Position numbers and translations under genes: made by a program
The notes under the pieces: generated by a model
Told to the model about the DNA's origin: nothing
Databases searched by the model: none
The model's input: the letters and a program-made list of their open reading frames with translations, nothing else
From: Mobula birostris
Lineage: Eukaryota
Assembly: GCF_030028105.1 (NCBI RefSeq)
Contig: NC_092370.1
Location: 71,474,098-71,538,097, forward strand
Direction: 5' to 3'
Length of the DNA: 64,000 nt
Shown here: positions 48,806 to 61,675 of the stretch, one piece after another
Numbering within the stretch: position 1 is the first letter of the stretch
Layout: the number at the start of each line of letters is the position of its first letter

Positions 48806-50019
48806 TCAAACAATGCAATACATGGAAACACAGAAACCTAAGGAAGCAAGCAAATCTGATGAGGAACCTAGGTTCCCTTTCTTCATAGTCAGGAAGTTAA
48901 ATGGAATTTTACTCGGTTTAAGATCATTAGGAAGAGTAAAACTAAAACAAACAATTGGTACAATTGCAATACTGTTTCTTATATGCTTTTCCAGGAACTA
49001 ATTTGTTCCCTAGAATGTGTGCTCAATGTTTAGCATTGTAAGGAACAGCAGGAGGTATAAGAACTTGTGTGACACTAAAAAAAAATCCTAAAGATAAGCC
49101 AGGGATATTCATTGAAGTGGAAATATAGTACTCAGTGAAGAAGTAAGTTATACTTGATAAAGATGTATGCAAAAGTATCTTACTAACAAAGCAAAATGTT
49201 TGCAAACTTGTAGTAGGTGAAAATAGCAGGTTGAGTTAATTATGTTATTGGTGCCAGAAGGAAAAAATGTACGTTTCTTTTCTGTTCTGTATTCAATAAG
49301 TCCAACATGCATATTAGCATCAAGTGTTGATATGTTTGTTGTTCTTGCCTATTCCTAAATAACTAAGGAAGAAATTATCATTCAAATTCTCCCATGAAGA
49401 ATAAAGTAAGATGCCCCACCACTATAGTCTCTAGATGATTGGGTTAAAATATATATCATCCATAGAAATATTTGAGGGTATTCTGGTGCTGTTTATGCAT
49501 GATGAGACACATTTTCTCACATCCCTTTCTTCCCCGTGTCCCCTTAATCAATTATTGTATAAAAATAAAATCTTCAACAATCTAATTATTAATTTATGCT
49601 AAATTTGGAAGTGAGAGAATCAAAGTGCATGAAAGGTTAGGAAAATGTTGCGTAAATACCACTTAAGAACACTATCTTTCCTGATTCTGTACGAATTGCT
49701 AAAATTATTTTTCAAGAACAATTTTTTTCTAATCTTATTCGGAATTTTGGGTGAATTCTTTCCTATTTTGTATGTTTTTAATTTACAAACAAGGTGGCAA
49801 ACTTCAGACACAGTGTGACTGTCCATCAATGAGCATGAAGGCCATAGGTTGATTTTTTTTCACAATTGCAAAATCTTACATTTTCTGGCAAATGTATCAT
49901 AAATGAAAAGATTTGCTTTGTAGCTGGAAGTTTTGATATGAATTAATCATCTTTAATTTAAGATCATTTAGAAAAGGTTAAAATGTTCTCAGATGGGAAA
50001 TGCATTAATAGGATCTGGA

Positions 50020-50965
50020 CCTTCTGCAGTTTGCCTATCATCACTATAGGTCCATGGCTCTCCACACAGTCTTGGATCAACTAGGCAATACAAATACCAG
50101 GTGCTGTTTATTTACTCAGTGTTTAACACCATTATTCTCACAGTTCTGATCAAAAAGCTCCAGCACCTGGGCCTCTGTACCACACTCTGTAACTGGATCC
50201 TTCACTTCTGAACCGGAAGACCACAGTCTATGCAGATCAAAAATAACATCTCCACCTTGCTGACAATCAACACTGGCACACCTCAGGGATGTTTAGCCCA
50301 CTACTCTACTCTTCCTACACCCATGACTGTGTGGCTAGGCACAGCTTAAATTCCGTCAGTAAATTTGCTGATGATACAACCATTGCTGGCAGAATCTTTG
50401 ATGGTGACAAGAGGACATGCAGGAGTGAGATATACCAGCTAGTTGCGTGGTGTTGCAGCAATACTCTTGCACTCAACATCGGTAAGACCAAAGCATTGAT
50501 TGTGGACTTCAGGAAGGGTAAGACGAGGGAATACACACCAGTCCTTGTAGAGGGATCAAAAGTGGAGAGAGTGAGCAATTTCAAGTTCCTGGGTTAAAAT
50601 TGTTCTGAGGACCTAACCTGGACCTAACACATTGATGCCCTATAAAGAAGGCAAAGTAATGGTTTTATTTCATTAGGAGTTCTCATTGTTATCACCAGGA
50701 AGGAGATGCAGGAAAGAGATGCACAATTCAGGAACAGCCTTTTCCTTTCTGCCATCTGATTTCTGAATGGACATTGAACCCATGAACATTACCTCACTAC
50801 TTTTTTACTTCCTATTTTTTGCACTACTTACTTAACTATTTAATATATATTCTTACTGTAATTCACAGCTTATTTCTCTCTATTATCATGTATTGCATTG
50901 TACTGCTGCTGCAAAGTGAACAGATTTCACGACATATGCCGACGATATTAAACCTGATTCTGATG
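50020..50965 (+). mobile_element. Rex1/Babar LINE fragment
   Basis: SPLLYS, KFADDTT, KTKALIVDFRK and FKFLG motifs. Confidence 0.88.
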
Positions 50966-50984
50966 TTGATATAAATGTCTTTAG

Positions 50985-52105
50985 ATCAGAATTGGAATGG
51001 AACTTAATTTACTATTGTCACGTGAAAAGTCTGTCCTGCATACTGTTCATATAGATCAGATAGTTACACAGTGCATTGAGCTAGAACAAGGTAAAACAAT
51101 ACCAATACAGAATGAAGTGGCACAACTACAGAGAAAATGCCGTGGAGATAAACAAGATGATAACGAAGCATATTGGCAAGTCAATAATCTAACATACCGG
51201 ACAGTCCTTTGATAGTCTCATAATAATGGGGTCGAAACTACTCTTCAGCCTGGTGGTATGTTCTTTAAGGATTTTGTATCTTCTGCCTGATGGAAGAGGG
51301 GAGAAGAGAGAATGTCGAGGGTGGGTGGGTTCTTTGATTACGTTGTCTGCTTCACTAAGGCAGTGACAAGTGTTGACAGAGTCCATGGAGGGGAGATTAG
51401 TCTCCATGATGTGCTGAGCTGTGTCTCTGCAGTTCCTTGCAGTCCCGTGCAGAGCAGTTTCCCTATCAAGCCATCATGCATCCAGATAAGATGTATCAAT
51501 AGAGATTGGTAGGGGTTGACAGGGGGCATGCACAGTTTTTTTTTTGCCTCCTGAGGAACTAGAGGCATTGTTAAGCTTTCTTTGCCATGATGTGTATGTA
51601 GTTGGAAAAGGACAGGCTACTGGTGATGTTCACTTGAAGCTTCCATTGCTCTCAAATTGAACATTTTGACGTTGACAGAAACACATGGCTCACCCCCTTC
51701 CTAAAGTCAATGACCAGCTCTCCTGTTTTGTTGACTTTGAGGGAAAGGTTATTGATTTATCTATCTATTTATTTATTTAGAGACACAGTGCGGAGTAGGT
51801 CCTTCTAGCCCTTCGAGCTACGTCGCCCCAGCAACTCACGACAATCCTGATCAACCCTAACCTAATCACGGGACAATTTACAATGACCAGTTAATCTTTG
51901 GACTGTGGGAGGAAACTGAAGGACCTGAGAAAACCTACTCATTCCACGGGGAGGATGTACAGAGACTTCTTACAGAACGCACCAGAACTGAACTCTGAAC
52001 TCCAGGATGCTCTGCCCTATAACAACGTACTGCTAATTGCTGCACTACCATGGCGCCTGACATGACACCATGTTACTAAGCTCGCTATCACCTTACTGTA
52101 TTTCG
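50985..52105 (-). mobile_element. Rex1/Babar fragment with nested SINE (51760-52035)
   Basis: HSLFSPLPSGRRY motif on the minus strand. Confidence 0.75.
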
Positions 52106-52132
52106 AGGTAGAATCAGGTTTAATATCACCAG

Positions 52133-52348
52133 CAACACTCATAACACACTGGAGGAACTCAGCAGGTTGGGCAGCATCCGTGGAAACGATCAGTCAGGGC
52201 TTCTGCCTCTTCCCTCTACAGTCCTGACGAAGGGTTGCAGCCCAAAACGTTGACTGATTGTTTCCACGGATGCTGCCCAACCTGCTGAGTTCCTTCAGCG
52301 TGTTCTGAGTGTTGCTTTAACCCCAGCATCTGCAGAATGTTTTGTGTT
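52133..52348. mobile_element. Penelope-derived fold-back element
   Basis: Inverted arms 52133-52196 and 52253-52315; degenerate hammerhead cagtcCTGACGA...AAAAcgttgactg. Confidence 0.75.
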
Positions 52349-54059
52349 TAATGTCACTGGCATACAGCATGTCATGAAATTTATTATTTTTCAGCAGCAG
52401 TACATTGTAATACATAATAACTATAAATTACAATAAGAAATATATTGTAAAAATACATTAAATAAGTAGTACAAAAAAAAGAAGAAATCTGATGACAATG
52501 GATAGTGCAAAGGTGAGGAAGGATCAGTTAAAGCCATATTCTTACACAACTTACAAAGTGATTAAGTATCAGCATGGTTACCACACTGCCAGGTTGCTGG
52601 AAGACTAAATAAATAGGCATTGACATTTGTTTTCAGCCTGAGCCTTGTACCTCTGGTTTCACTTTGTAGGAAGTAATGGCCTGCAAACCCTGCCAGAGCT
52701 GACGTGCATCCGATTCCACCTCTAACGTCAATCAGAATTGTCCTCTTGCTCTTAAGTTGGCAAAATTACTCTTGAGTTATTGTTATTTGAGATAGGGTCC
52801 ACTATACTGTCAACATCTGTAAAATTCAGGTTGATACTTGCAGGCATGTTATATCATTACATTGACAGCTAAAGAAACTATGCCTCTAAAATGTGTGTGG
52901 AAATCCTCTTTGAAAGGTAACTGTAATCAAACCCTCTCTGGTTTGAGTTTGGGTTGCCATATGAAATCCTGATTTGTCTTCTTTGCTTCATCTGCAGATC
53001 ACTATTACCAAAAAGGTGAGAACGTAAAGAGGGCCTAAAGAATGGTAATGGCCAATACCATTCCTTTCAGTGCTCTTTAACTTTGTGGTGTGTTTGGTAC
53101 TGAGATTTCCAATCAGTTAAAAAGTGAAACTCCTTTTCAGAAAGGGTCACAATACTGCTGCACTGGATACCTAGCCCGCAGCAAGTACATATTTTACATT
53201 GCACCTAAGTCATGCAAGGATAACATAATCATTATTATAAGCAGAGTCTACTGTTTAGAGAATTGGAGCTAGCCTTTCATGTTCTACCAACAACTGGACT
53301 AGAAACTATACTTCCAATTGAGTAAAAGTCTCCCATCTCTGCCAGCTTCTAGGGTAACTTTAAAATGGGAATGAATGTAATTCAACAATAGCTATCTCAG
53401 TTGAGTCTTTGCTCTGAAATTAAAACTGGGATCAAAATATTTTAAACTATTATTTTCCCTTTCAGTATTTATACTGATTAATAACCATTGTATCGAATGA
53501 ATTTATTGTTCTGTGCTCAAACTATTTTTTGCTGTTGAATTTATCAACAATAAGAAATGCACTTCTGTTCTTCAAGGCAAAACTGAAGGAGCCTGAACAT
53601 TGTATAAGGGGTTGATTTGCCTCAAGAAGCATTTGATGGTAGTAATGGCTGCCGACTCTTGACAGGTGCAATAATGCCTCAAAAATTTAGTAATATGTTT
53701 AATTCAGTTATAATACAAAGGTAACTATGATTCAGATGTCCTTGTGTTTGTAAAGTATTTAAGATATCTAAGTAGATATCTGTACCTGTGTGTATGTATA
53801 CATACATCCAACACTTCTTGGAATGTAACCTGTATAAATAAATAGATTATAATATCAATTGATTTGCCACTGATCAATAGGAGTTCCTTAGTCAAGATGT
53901 ATTGAGAAAGTAGCGGATTCCAAGAAAAACAGCATTCTGTTGAACTCAGTGATAATCATGAATATATTCTGATGGTAAAATGTCATGTCTTTGTTACTGG
54001 TTTCAATAGCTAGTTATATGAATCTCCTAATTCAAATAGGAAGGGAAACAAATATTTAA

Positions 54060-54477
54060 CCCAGGCTACCTGTTCATCTTCTATACCTTCACAGTATGGT
54101 CTGGGTCAATTTTGACCCGGCCCAAGAATCCCCTCATAACAAGTGTCTATATCAAATTTTGAACCACAGATCTATTTAGAATGTATAAATAGCCTATCTG
54201 ACATTAATAAATGGGTGATTAATCCTTAATTAATGTTTCAGAGATCTAAAATTCATTTCAATAGATAGGGGTCAAATTTGACCCGGAACAGCCTCAAAGT
54301 ACAAAAATTTGTAGCACCTGTACAAAAGTATAACATTTTTAAATATTTTCATTTCTGTGCATTTTGGGTCACTTTAGAAAAAAGTCATCAAATTTTGGCT
54401 AAAAATGGCATTTAGAGTGTTTTTACTGCTGTCAAATGTCAAAGCGGGTCAAATTTGACTGGAAGAGTATGTAAGGG
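54060..54477. mobile_element. piggyBac-like MITE
   Basis: TTAA|CCC...GGG|TTAA ends and three GGGTCAA-TTTGAC(CC) palindromes. Confidence 0.65.
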
Positions 54478-54788
54478 TTAATAACAAAATATGTAGAAAT
54501 GACAATATTTAATACAAGGTTTTGTGAATTCATGCAAATGCATGATTAGTTTTGAATACTGTACTTTATTGGTTACAGAATTTTTGATAATCACAGAAAA
54601 AATGAGGTATTTCATTAGTAAGTTACTTTATTAGCGTTTTATGAGATAACAATGTTCTTTTTTTAATTCAAGGACCTTCAGGTTTGAGTGCAGATCCTTG
54701 AAGGAGGGATTTTAATTAAGAGATCTTTCAAGATTCCTAAACCTTCTTAATTAGCCATCTTATGAGAAGAAGCAACTTTATAACATTT

Positions 54789-54890
54789 AGTTAGTCCTGA
54801 TGAAGGGTCTCAGCCTGAAACGTCGACTGCACCTCTTCCTACAGATGCTGCTTGGCCTGCTGTGTTCACCAGCAACTTTGATGTGTGTTG
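54789..54890 (+). mobile_element. Penelope-derived mini-element with hammerhead motif
   Basis: 12-bp TSD TTTATAACATTT (54777-54788 and 54891-54902); same family as 29844-29959. Confidence 0.82.
54792..54829 (+). ncRNA. Minimal type I hammerhead ribozyme motif
   Basis: Stem I agtc/gact, CTGATGA at 54797-54803, short stem II, GAAA at 54817-54820, palindromic ACGT stem III. Predicted cleavage after GTC at 54824. Confidence 0.7.
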
Positions 54891-55726
54891 TTTATAACAT
54901 TTGGTATGTTTGTGGATTTTATCAGTTTTGGATATTTCTATAAATTTGGATGAGTATTAAATGTGTTTATGAGAATTAATGGAAAGTACATAGTGTACTT
55001 CACCCAGCTAAAAAATGAGATAAAATAAAATACATTTAGATAATTTAGAAATGATCACAATGTAAAGTAGTGCATAGCAACTACTTTATGTAATCACTTT
55101 TGTTAGACTGGTGCCATGTGGCAGTATGTGGACTTAAAGAGTTAGTTGCTTCTGATTTAAGCTTATTGAAGTTTAAAATGATTTTCAAACTTCCTGTAGA
55201 TTATCTGCAGGTTTGAGTTTAATGCACAGCAGACATAATGCACAGCAGTAACTAATAGATGTAATCTCCTTATAACACATTCATGTAATTCCTACCAGCT
55301 CACTGAAAAAAATGGATGCTAAGCTTTTTAGTCAGCTTTTAACATGTAAACAAATTGTAAATGACTTCTGAAGAGTTGATGCATCATTAATAGAATGATA
55401 ACCTATCCAGATCTGGTTTTGCAATGATGATAGAGTATCTACAATTTTTTCACACTTTAACAGATCCCTTGCAGGGAAACATATCTACACATAAGGAGCA
55501 CCATATAATCAAAACAGTTGTTTGCATTAGTGGATTCATGAAAAGTTCCCCAAGATGAATCATATTGGAACAATAAGACATAGTCTTGTGAATTGAGAGG
55601 AAGAAAGAGAAAACTGTTTAACTCCTCGTGCCTGCTGCTATTCAGTCAAATCCAAAATTCCACATGATTCAATTTGCTTTAGTCCCCTTGATACTCAAAT
55701 CCTACAAAAACCTATTGAACTCCAAA

Positions 55727-57360
55727 GTCAGAATCAGAATCAGATTTATTATCACTAATATATGTGGTGAAATTTGTTGTTTTGTGGCAGCAGTACAGTG
55801 CAATCCATAAAAATCATTATATGTTACAAAATAAATAGATAGCATGAAAGATGAATGATGAGATAGTGTTCATGGATTAATGGACCATTCAGAAATCTGG
55901 TGGCAGTTATTCCAAAAATAATTATGGCTCTTCAGTCTCCTGTACCTGTTATCCCAATGGTAATAATGCAAAGTGGGTGTGTCCCAAATGGTGAGGGTCT
56001 TCAGTGATGGATTGTGCCTTCTTGAGGCAGCGTCTCTCAAAAATGTCTTTGATACTTAGGGGGTTGGAATTGTGCCCGTGATGGAACTGGTTGAGTCTAC
56101 AACCCTCAGTAGTCTTTTGTGATCCTGTCCGCTGCAGGCTCCATTCTGCAGAGATATAAAGCATTTGGTGACATACCAAATCTCCTCAAATTCTTAATGA
56201 TGTATAGGCACTGGCATGCCTTCTTCATGACTGCATCAATGTGATGGACCCAAGATAGATCCTCTAATATCTTCATGGCCAGGAACTTGAAGCTGCTCAC
56301 CTTTCAAGGAGGACTGTTGTACATTTTCCTGACTTCCCCTCACACCCCAGCCAAAGTCCACAATCAATTCTTTTGACTTGCTGATATTGAGTGCAACTTT
56401 GTTGCAGTGACAACACTCAAACAGCTGACCTATCTCACTCCTGTACTCCTGTACCTTGTCGCAATCTGAGATTCCACCAATAACAGTGGTATAATTGGTG
56501 AATTTATAGATGGCGTTTGACCTGCCTAGCTACACTGCCGTGGGAGTAGAAAGAGTAGAGCAGTGGGCTAAGCACACATCCTTGAGATGATCTTGTGTTG
56601 ATAATCAGTGAGAAGGAAACCATTGCACTGATCTGCAGTGGCTGTGGTCCGCTGATAAGAAAGTCAGGTATCCAATTGCGGCGAGGCCTAGGTCTTGAAT
56701 CTTGTTGGTCAGTACTGAGGGAATGATGGTGTTGAATGCTGAGCTGTGATTGATAAACGGCATACTGGCATATGTGTAACCCTCTCACTTAGCTAATATA
56801 AACTACTCACAGGATAGCAATAGAAATCTTAACCAGGACATTACATATGTTTTACCGTTATTTAGGTGTTCAAACCCGCATAGAGAGCTAGTGAGATTGA
56901 GCCCACTGTAAACATGTTGTGGCATGAGGCAAATAGCTGTAACCAACCTCTCAAAGCACTTCCTCACAGTAGATTTGACTGCAACAAGGCAATAGTTGTT
57001 GAGGCAGCTCAGTCTGGTCTTTTTGGGCACTGGTATGGGCTCAGTCTGGTCTTTTTGGGCACTGGTATGGTTGATGCCCTTTTAAACCAGGTGGGAACCT
57101 ACGAATGCAGCAGTGAGAGGTTAAGGATACCTTTGAGCACTCCAGTCGGCTGGTCAGCACAGATTTTCAGTACTGTGCCAGGTACACCATCTAGCACTGA
57201 TGCCTTGCAAAGGTTTCACTGTCTTGAAGGATGAACGGACATCATCCTCTGAGACAGACACCAGGCGCTGTGGGGATTCACACTGATGTAGTGCTGTTGT
57301 CCCTTTCTGAACATGCATACAAGACACTAAGTTCATCAGGGAGTGAAACATCACTGCCAT
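55727..57360 (-). mobile_element. Rex1/Babar LINE fragments
   Basis: LNNYCLVA..KCFERLV, QGCVLSPLLYS and HLGHTHFALLPLG motifs, with a (tcagaa)n tail at 55728-55744. Confidence 0.85.
57007..57070 (+). repeat. 32-bp perfect tandem duplication
   Basis: GCTCAGTCTGGTCTTTTTGGGCACTGGTATGG occurs twice. Confidence 0.9.
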
Positions 57361-57404
57361 TTATGCTGTTGTAGAAAGTAGTGGCATGCAAACTCAGCCA
57401 GTTC

Positions 57405-57756
57405 CATCACAAGTCACCATCGAGGACAGCTTCAGGAGATGGTGCCTTAAGAAGCACCATCCATCGTTCAGGACCCTCACCATCCGCAATGTGCCCTTTT
57501 CTCATCACTACCATCAGGGAGGAAGTACAGGAGCCTGAAGACCCACGCTCAATACTTTAAGAACAGGTACATCCTCTCTATCAGATTTAACGAATGGTCA
57601 ATAAACCCATGAAAACTGCCTTACCTGTTAGCTTTTGCATATGTTATTTATTCTGTAAATAATAATAGTTCTTATCTCACGCACTGTACTGCTGCTGCAA
57701 AACAACAAATCTCATGACGTATGTCAATGACAATGTCTGATTCTGATTCTGATTCA
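57405..57756 (+). mobile_element. Rex1/Babar 3' end
   Basis: LPSGRKYRSL motif and a (TCTGAT)n tail. Confidence 0.8.
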
Positions 57757-58229
57757 AACCCTGATTGTGTCTCTAACTTCACATGGAATTGACTTTTGCT
57801 CTCATGATAGCATTCCATTGGTCATACTGCCAACTGGCTGATGGAGGAATAAAGATCTGATGGATTGGAAGCAGAATGCCGGATGGGGGAGGAAAGTGCT
57901 GCAGTGGCTCTGAATTTGCTTATGAGCCCTGGAGGAGCACTTCCCCTATTGATGCCTCACTGAGGCTGGATTTTATTTTATTTTTAATGAGCCTCATTGG
58001 TTTATTCCATGAGGCATCTATAGTTAGCATATTCCTCAAAATTACACGAGTTCCATTTAACACCTATTTACTAGTTCTGTCAGAGTCTGAGGCAATTTTA
58101 ACCCACTTCTTGAACTGGTGAAATTAAGATGTGGATTTACCAGGAATAAAGAGAGTAAAGGAATAGCTCTGTAACTGTACAATTAATAGACTGTCCAAAT
58201 GGAGTATTTGCAGAATGCTGAGGAGACAC

Positions 58230-58745
58230 AGCAGGTTGATTATAGAGATGAGGGGTTAGGCTATGAAATTAAATTGAGTAGCCTTGGACTATACTTACTA
58301 GCATTCAGAAGAATGAAAGGGGATCTTATAGAAACATATAAAGTTCAATAAGTACAATATACATCCTGAAATTCTTTTTCAGGAAAGTTATGAAAAAATG
58401 TAGATAATATAGAGGTAGGAAAGTCATTTCTACTAGTTGGTGAGACTAGAAGTATGAGACATCGCCTCAAGACTTTGGGGAACAGATCTAGGACAACGAT
58501 AAGGAGGACCGCTTTTCCCAGAAATCAGTGACTCTGTGGAATTCTCTGCCCAGGAAAGCAGCATGGCTTCCTTATTAAATATATTTAAAGCACAGATAAA
58601 TAGATTTTTGCATAACAGGGGAATTAAGGGCTACGGAGGAAAGGCAGGTGGGTGGAACTGATTCCACAGTCAGATCAACTATGCTCTCATTAAATGGCAG
58701 AGCAGGCTCAACAGCCAGATGGCTGGCTCCAGTTCCCAGTTCTTT
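58230..58745 (+). mobile_element. CR1 3' fragment (decayed)
   Basis: RRMKGDLIETYK and ctgtggaattctctgccc, plus 3'UTR similarity to other copies. Confidence 0.75.
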
Positions 58746-60815
58746 GCTGCCATTGATGTCTAATACTTAACACTCCCAGTCACCATTCTTTTAAAAAGAG
58801 CCAATACGTCTCACTGCCTATTTTTAGGAAATATTTAATACTGGATAAACCTCATAAGGTAAAGGATACAAATATACAGGCACATGCATCATGACAAGAA
58901 GGTTTTGTTACTCCATGTTAGTTGTGAAATCATTGACCTTATGGGACAATTATAAATGTAATCAGTAGTTTTCACTTTGCACTCCAAACCAGGTCTGGGA
59001 TTTCCAGCTGGAGCCAGATGTTCCATTTGTGAAGTACATTGTTTTTCTTGACAGATTTCATTTCAGTAGAAATGAACTTTGCGCTGGCCATGAAAGCTCA
59101 ATGAGAATGCCATGATTAATGAGGCAGACATTAATGTCAGTAAATTCAGAAGACAAAATCAAATTACATTCAATTGCATCCCAAACACTAGGTCATATTA
59201 ACAAGCAATTGGAATAAATTGATAAAATTTAAAATGGTCATCTAATTCCAAGGCACTTATAATTCAGCATGAGATATTGTGCTGTCAAGAAATATATTGC
59301 GGTTTCCAAATCACTTAATGAATTTATTCTTTGCAAGACTTTTAAACTATTAGGAAGTAATATATTTAACTGAGGCTATATGGGCAGTTATAAATGTGGG
59401 CTTGATCCCATCAATGAATGTCCAAAAGGCTTTCATAAGACTTAAATGCAGACACATGATGATTATTTTTATTATTAAATAAATACAGATATTAACAGGG
59501 GTTGTTCTTTGCTATTTTAAATTATTAATGTAAGCTAGAGACTCCTTTACTGTTCAACCCCATTTCACGTGAAAATATACTGCAGTTCCTTTGTCACTGT
59601 GGGAGCACCTTAATTGCATGAACTGCGCTTGTTCAAGGATGTGGCTCTCCACCATTTTCTCATAGGCAGTTAGTGCTGGTGGCACTCCCATTCCGTAACT
59701 GAATGAAAAATGGATACTATGAGGAAATATCCCTGAAGGGTCTTGCTTACACGTTTACATGAAAGTGGAAACATCTACTCATTTTCATTGTAATAGGGAA
59801 TGTACGTGAACTTTGCAGAGGGGAATGGTTGTTATTGGGGCATTGACAGGGGGACAGATCTAAGGTATCTCCTGCTCTATAGAGTGAATGGTCATCCAAT
59901 CTGTTTTTGTTTTCTCCAGTGTAGAGAAGACCAAACTGTCCACCAGATTAATGAAGTGAAGTGAATCATTACCTTACTGGAAAGGCTGTTTGTATTCCTG
60001 AATAGGTGGAAAGGGAAGGGTAAAAGGTCTGTTGTGCTTGCATGGGAAAGTACATAGGAATGGGACATTTTATGGAAATGGATAAGAGGAGCAGAGAGAT
60101 TTAAAGAGAACGGTTTTGCACACAGCAGATATTTCAAATTTCAATCTCCATCATGACGATTGTCTATTTTCACCAGCATTACCAGTCCTGCCTCAGGTTG
60201 TCTGCTGATTTTATCCTTCCACCCACAACCATTCCATTCAATTCTTGCAAAGCTTTCAAAGTTCTCCTGCCCATATTCAGACTGAAAAAAACCATGTTCC
60301 CAGATTACCCTCTTTGTTACCTTACCTGCACTGGCATCCTGAACCATTGTAACTCTAATTTAAAACTTTCTACGTTGTCTTCAGATTCTTCCATAGTCCA
60401 GCCTACAGTAAAGTCCAAGATCCAAGATCTGTGGTCTCTTTTGCATGCCTCACTTTCTTTATCTCTTCATTGGTGATGATAACTTCAACAGTCTAGGTGC
60501 ACAACTCTGGACTTGGTAAGCTTCTCCAGTTACATATATTTCATTATCTTGTTTTAACAATTCAGCTTAAGTTTTGGTTGATCATTTAAGTATTTTAGTC
60601 TTCTGCACTAATGTCCCTTTCTTTGGCTCAGTGTCAAGTTTGTCTCAGTACCTTCCCATGAAATTCCCAAGAATACAATGTGAATGTAAGATTTTGTTGC
60701 TTCAGCTGAAATCCTATTTCAGCTTTTTACTCAGGTCAAATATGTTTTTCCTTTGCTGCACAAGCGCTTCGAGGGTATTCATCTATATCTATATGTTCAT
60801 TTCCTATATGATGAA

Positions 60816-61675
60816 CTATAGAATAGTACATGCATAGTACAGGCCCTTCGGCCCACATTGTTGTGCCGACCCTCAAACCCTGCCTCCCATATAACTCCCC
60901 ACTTTAAATTCCTCCATATACCTGTCCAGTAGTCTCTTAAATTTCACTAGTGTATCTACCTCCACCACTGACTCAGGCAGTGCATTCCACGCACCAACCA
61001 CTCTCTGAGTAAAAAAACCTTCCTCTAATATCCCCCTTGAACTTCCCACCCCTTACCTTAAAGCCATGTCCCCTTGTATTGAGCAGTGGTGCCCTAGGGA
61101 AGAGGTGCTGGCTATCCACTCTATCTATTCCTCTTAATATCTTGTATACTTCTATCATGTCTTCTCTCATCCTCCTTCTCTCCAAAGAGTAAAGCCTTAG
61201 CTCCCTTAATCACTGATCATAATCCATGCTCTCTAAACCAGGCAGCATCCTGGTAAATCTCCTCTGTACCCTTTCCAATGCTTCCACATCCTTCCTTTAG
61301 TGAGGCAACCAGAACTGGACACAGTACTCCAAGTGTGGACTAACCAGAGTTTTATAGAGCTGCATCATTACCTTGCGACTCTTAAACTCTATCCCTCGAC
61401 TTATGAAAGCTAACACCCCATAAGCTTTCTTAACTACCCTATCCACCTGTGAGGCAACTTTCAGGGATCTGTGGACATGTACCCCCAGATGTCTCTGCTC
61501 CTCCACACTACCAAGTATCCTGCCATTTACTTTATACTCTGCCTTGGAGTTTGTCCTTCCAAAGTGTACCACCTCACACTTCTCCGGGTTGAACTCCATC
61601 TGCCACTTCTCAGCCCACTTCTACCCCCACATCCAGATCATTAATAAAAATCACGAAAAGTAGAGGTCCCAGAAC
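60816..61675 (-). mobile_element. CR1 LINE 3' part
   Basis: MEFNPEKCEVVHFG and HLEYCVQFW motifs, with a 3' tail. Confidence 0.9.
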
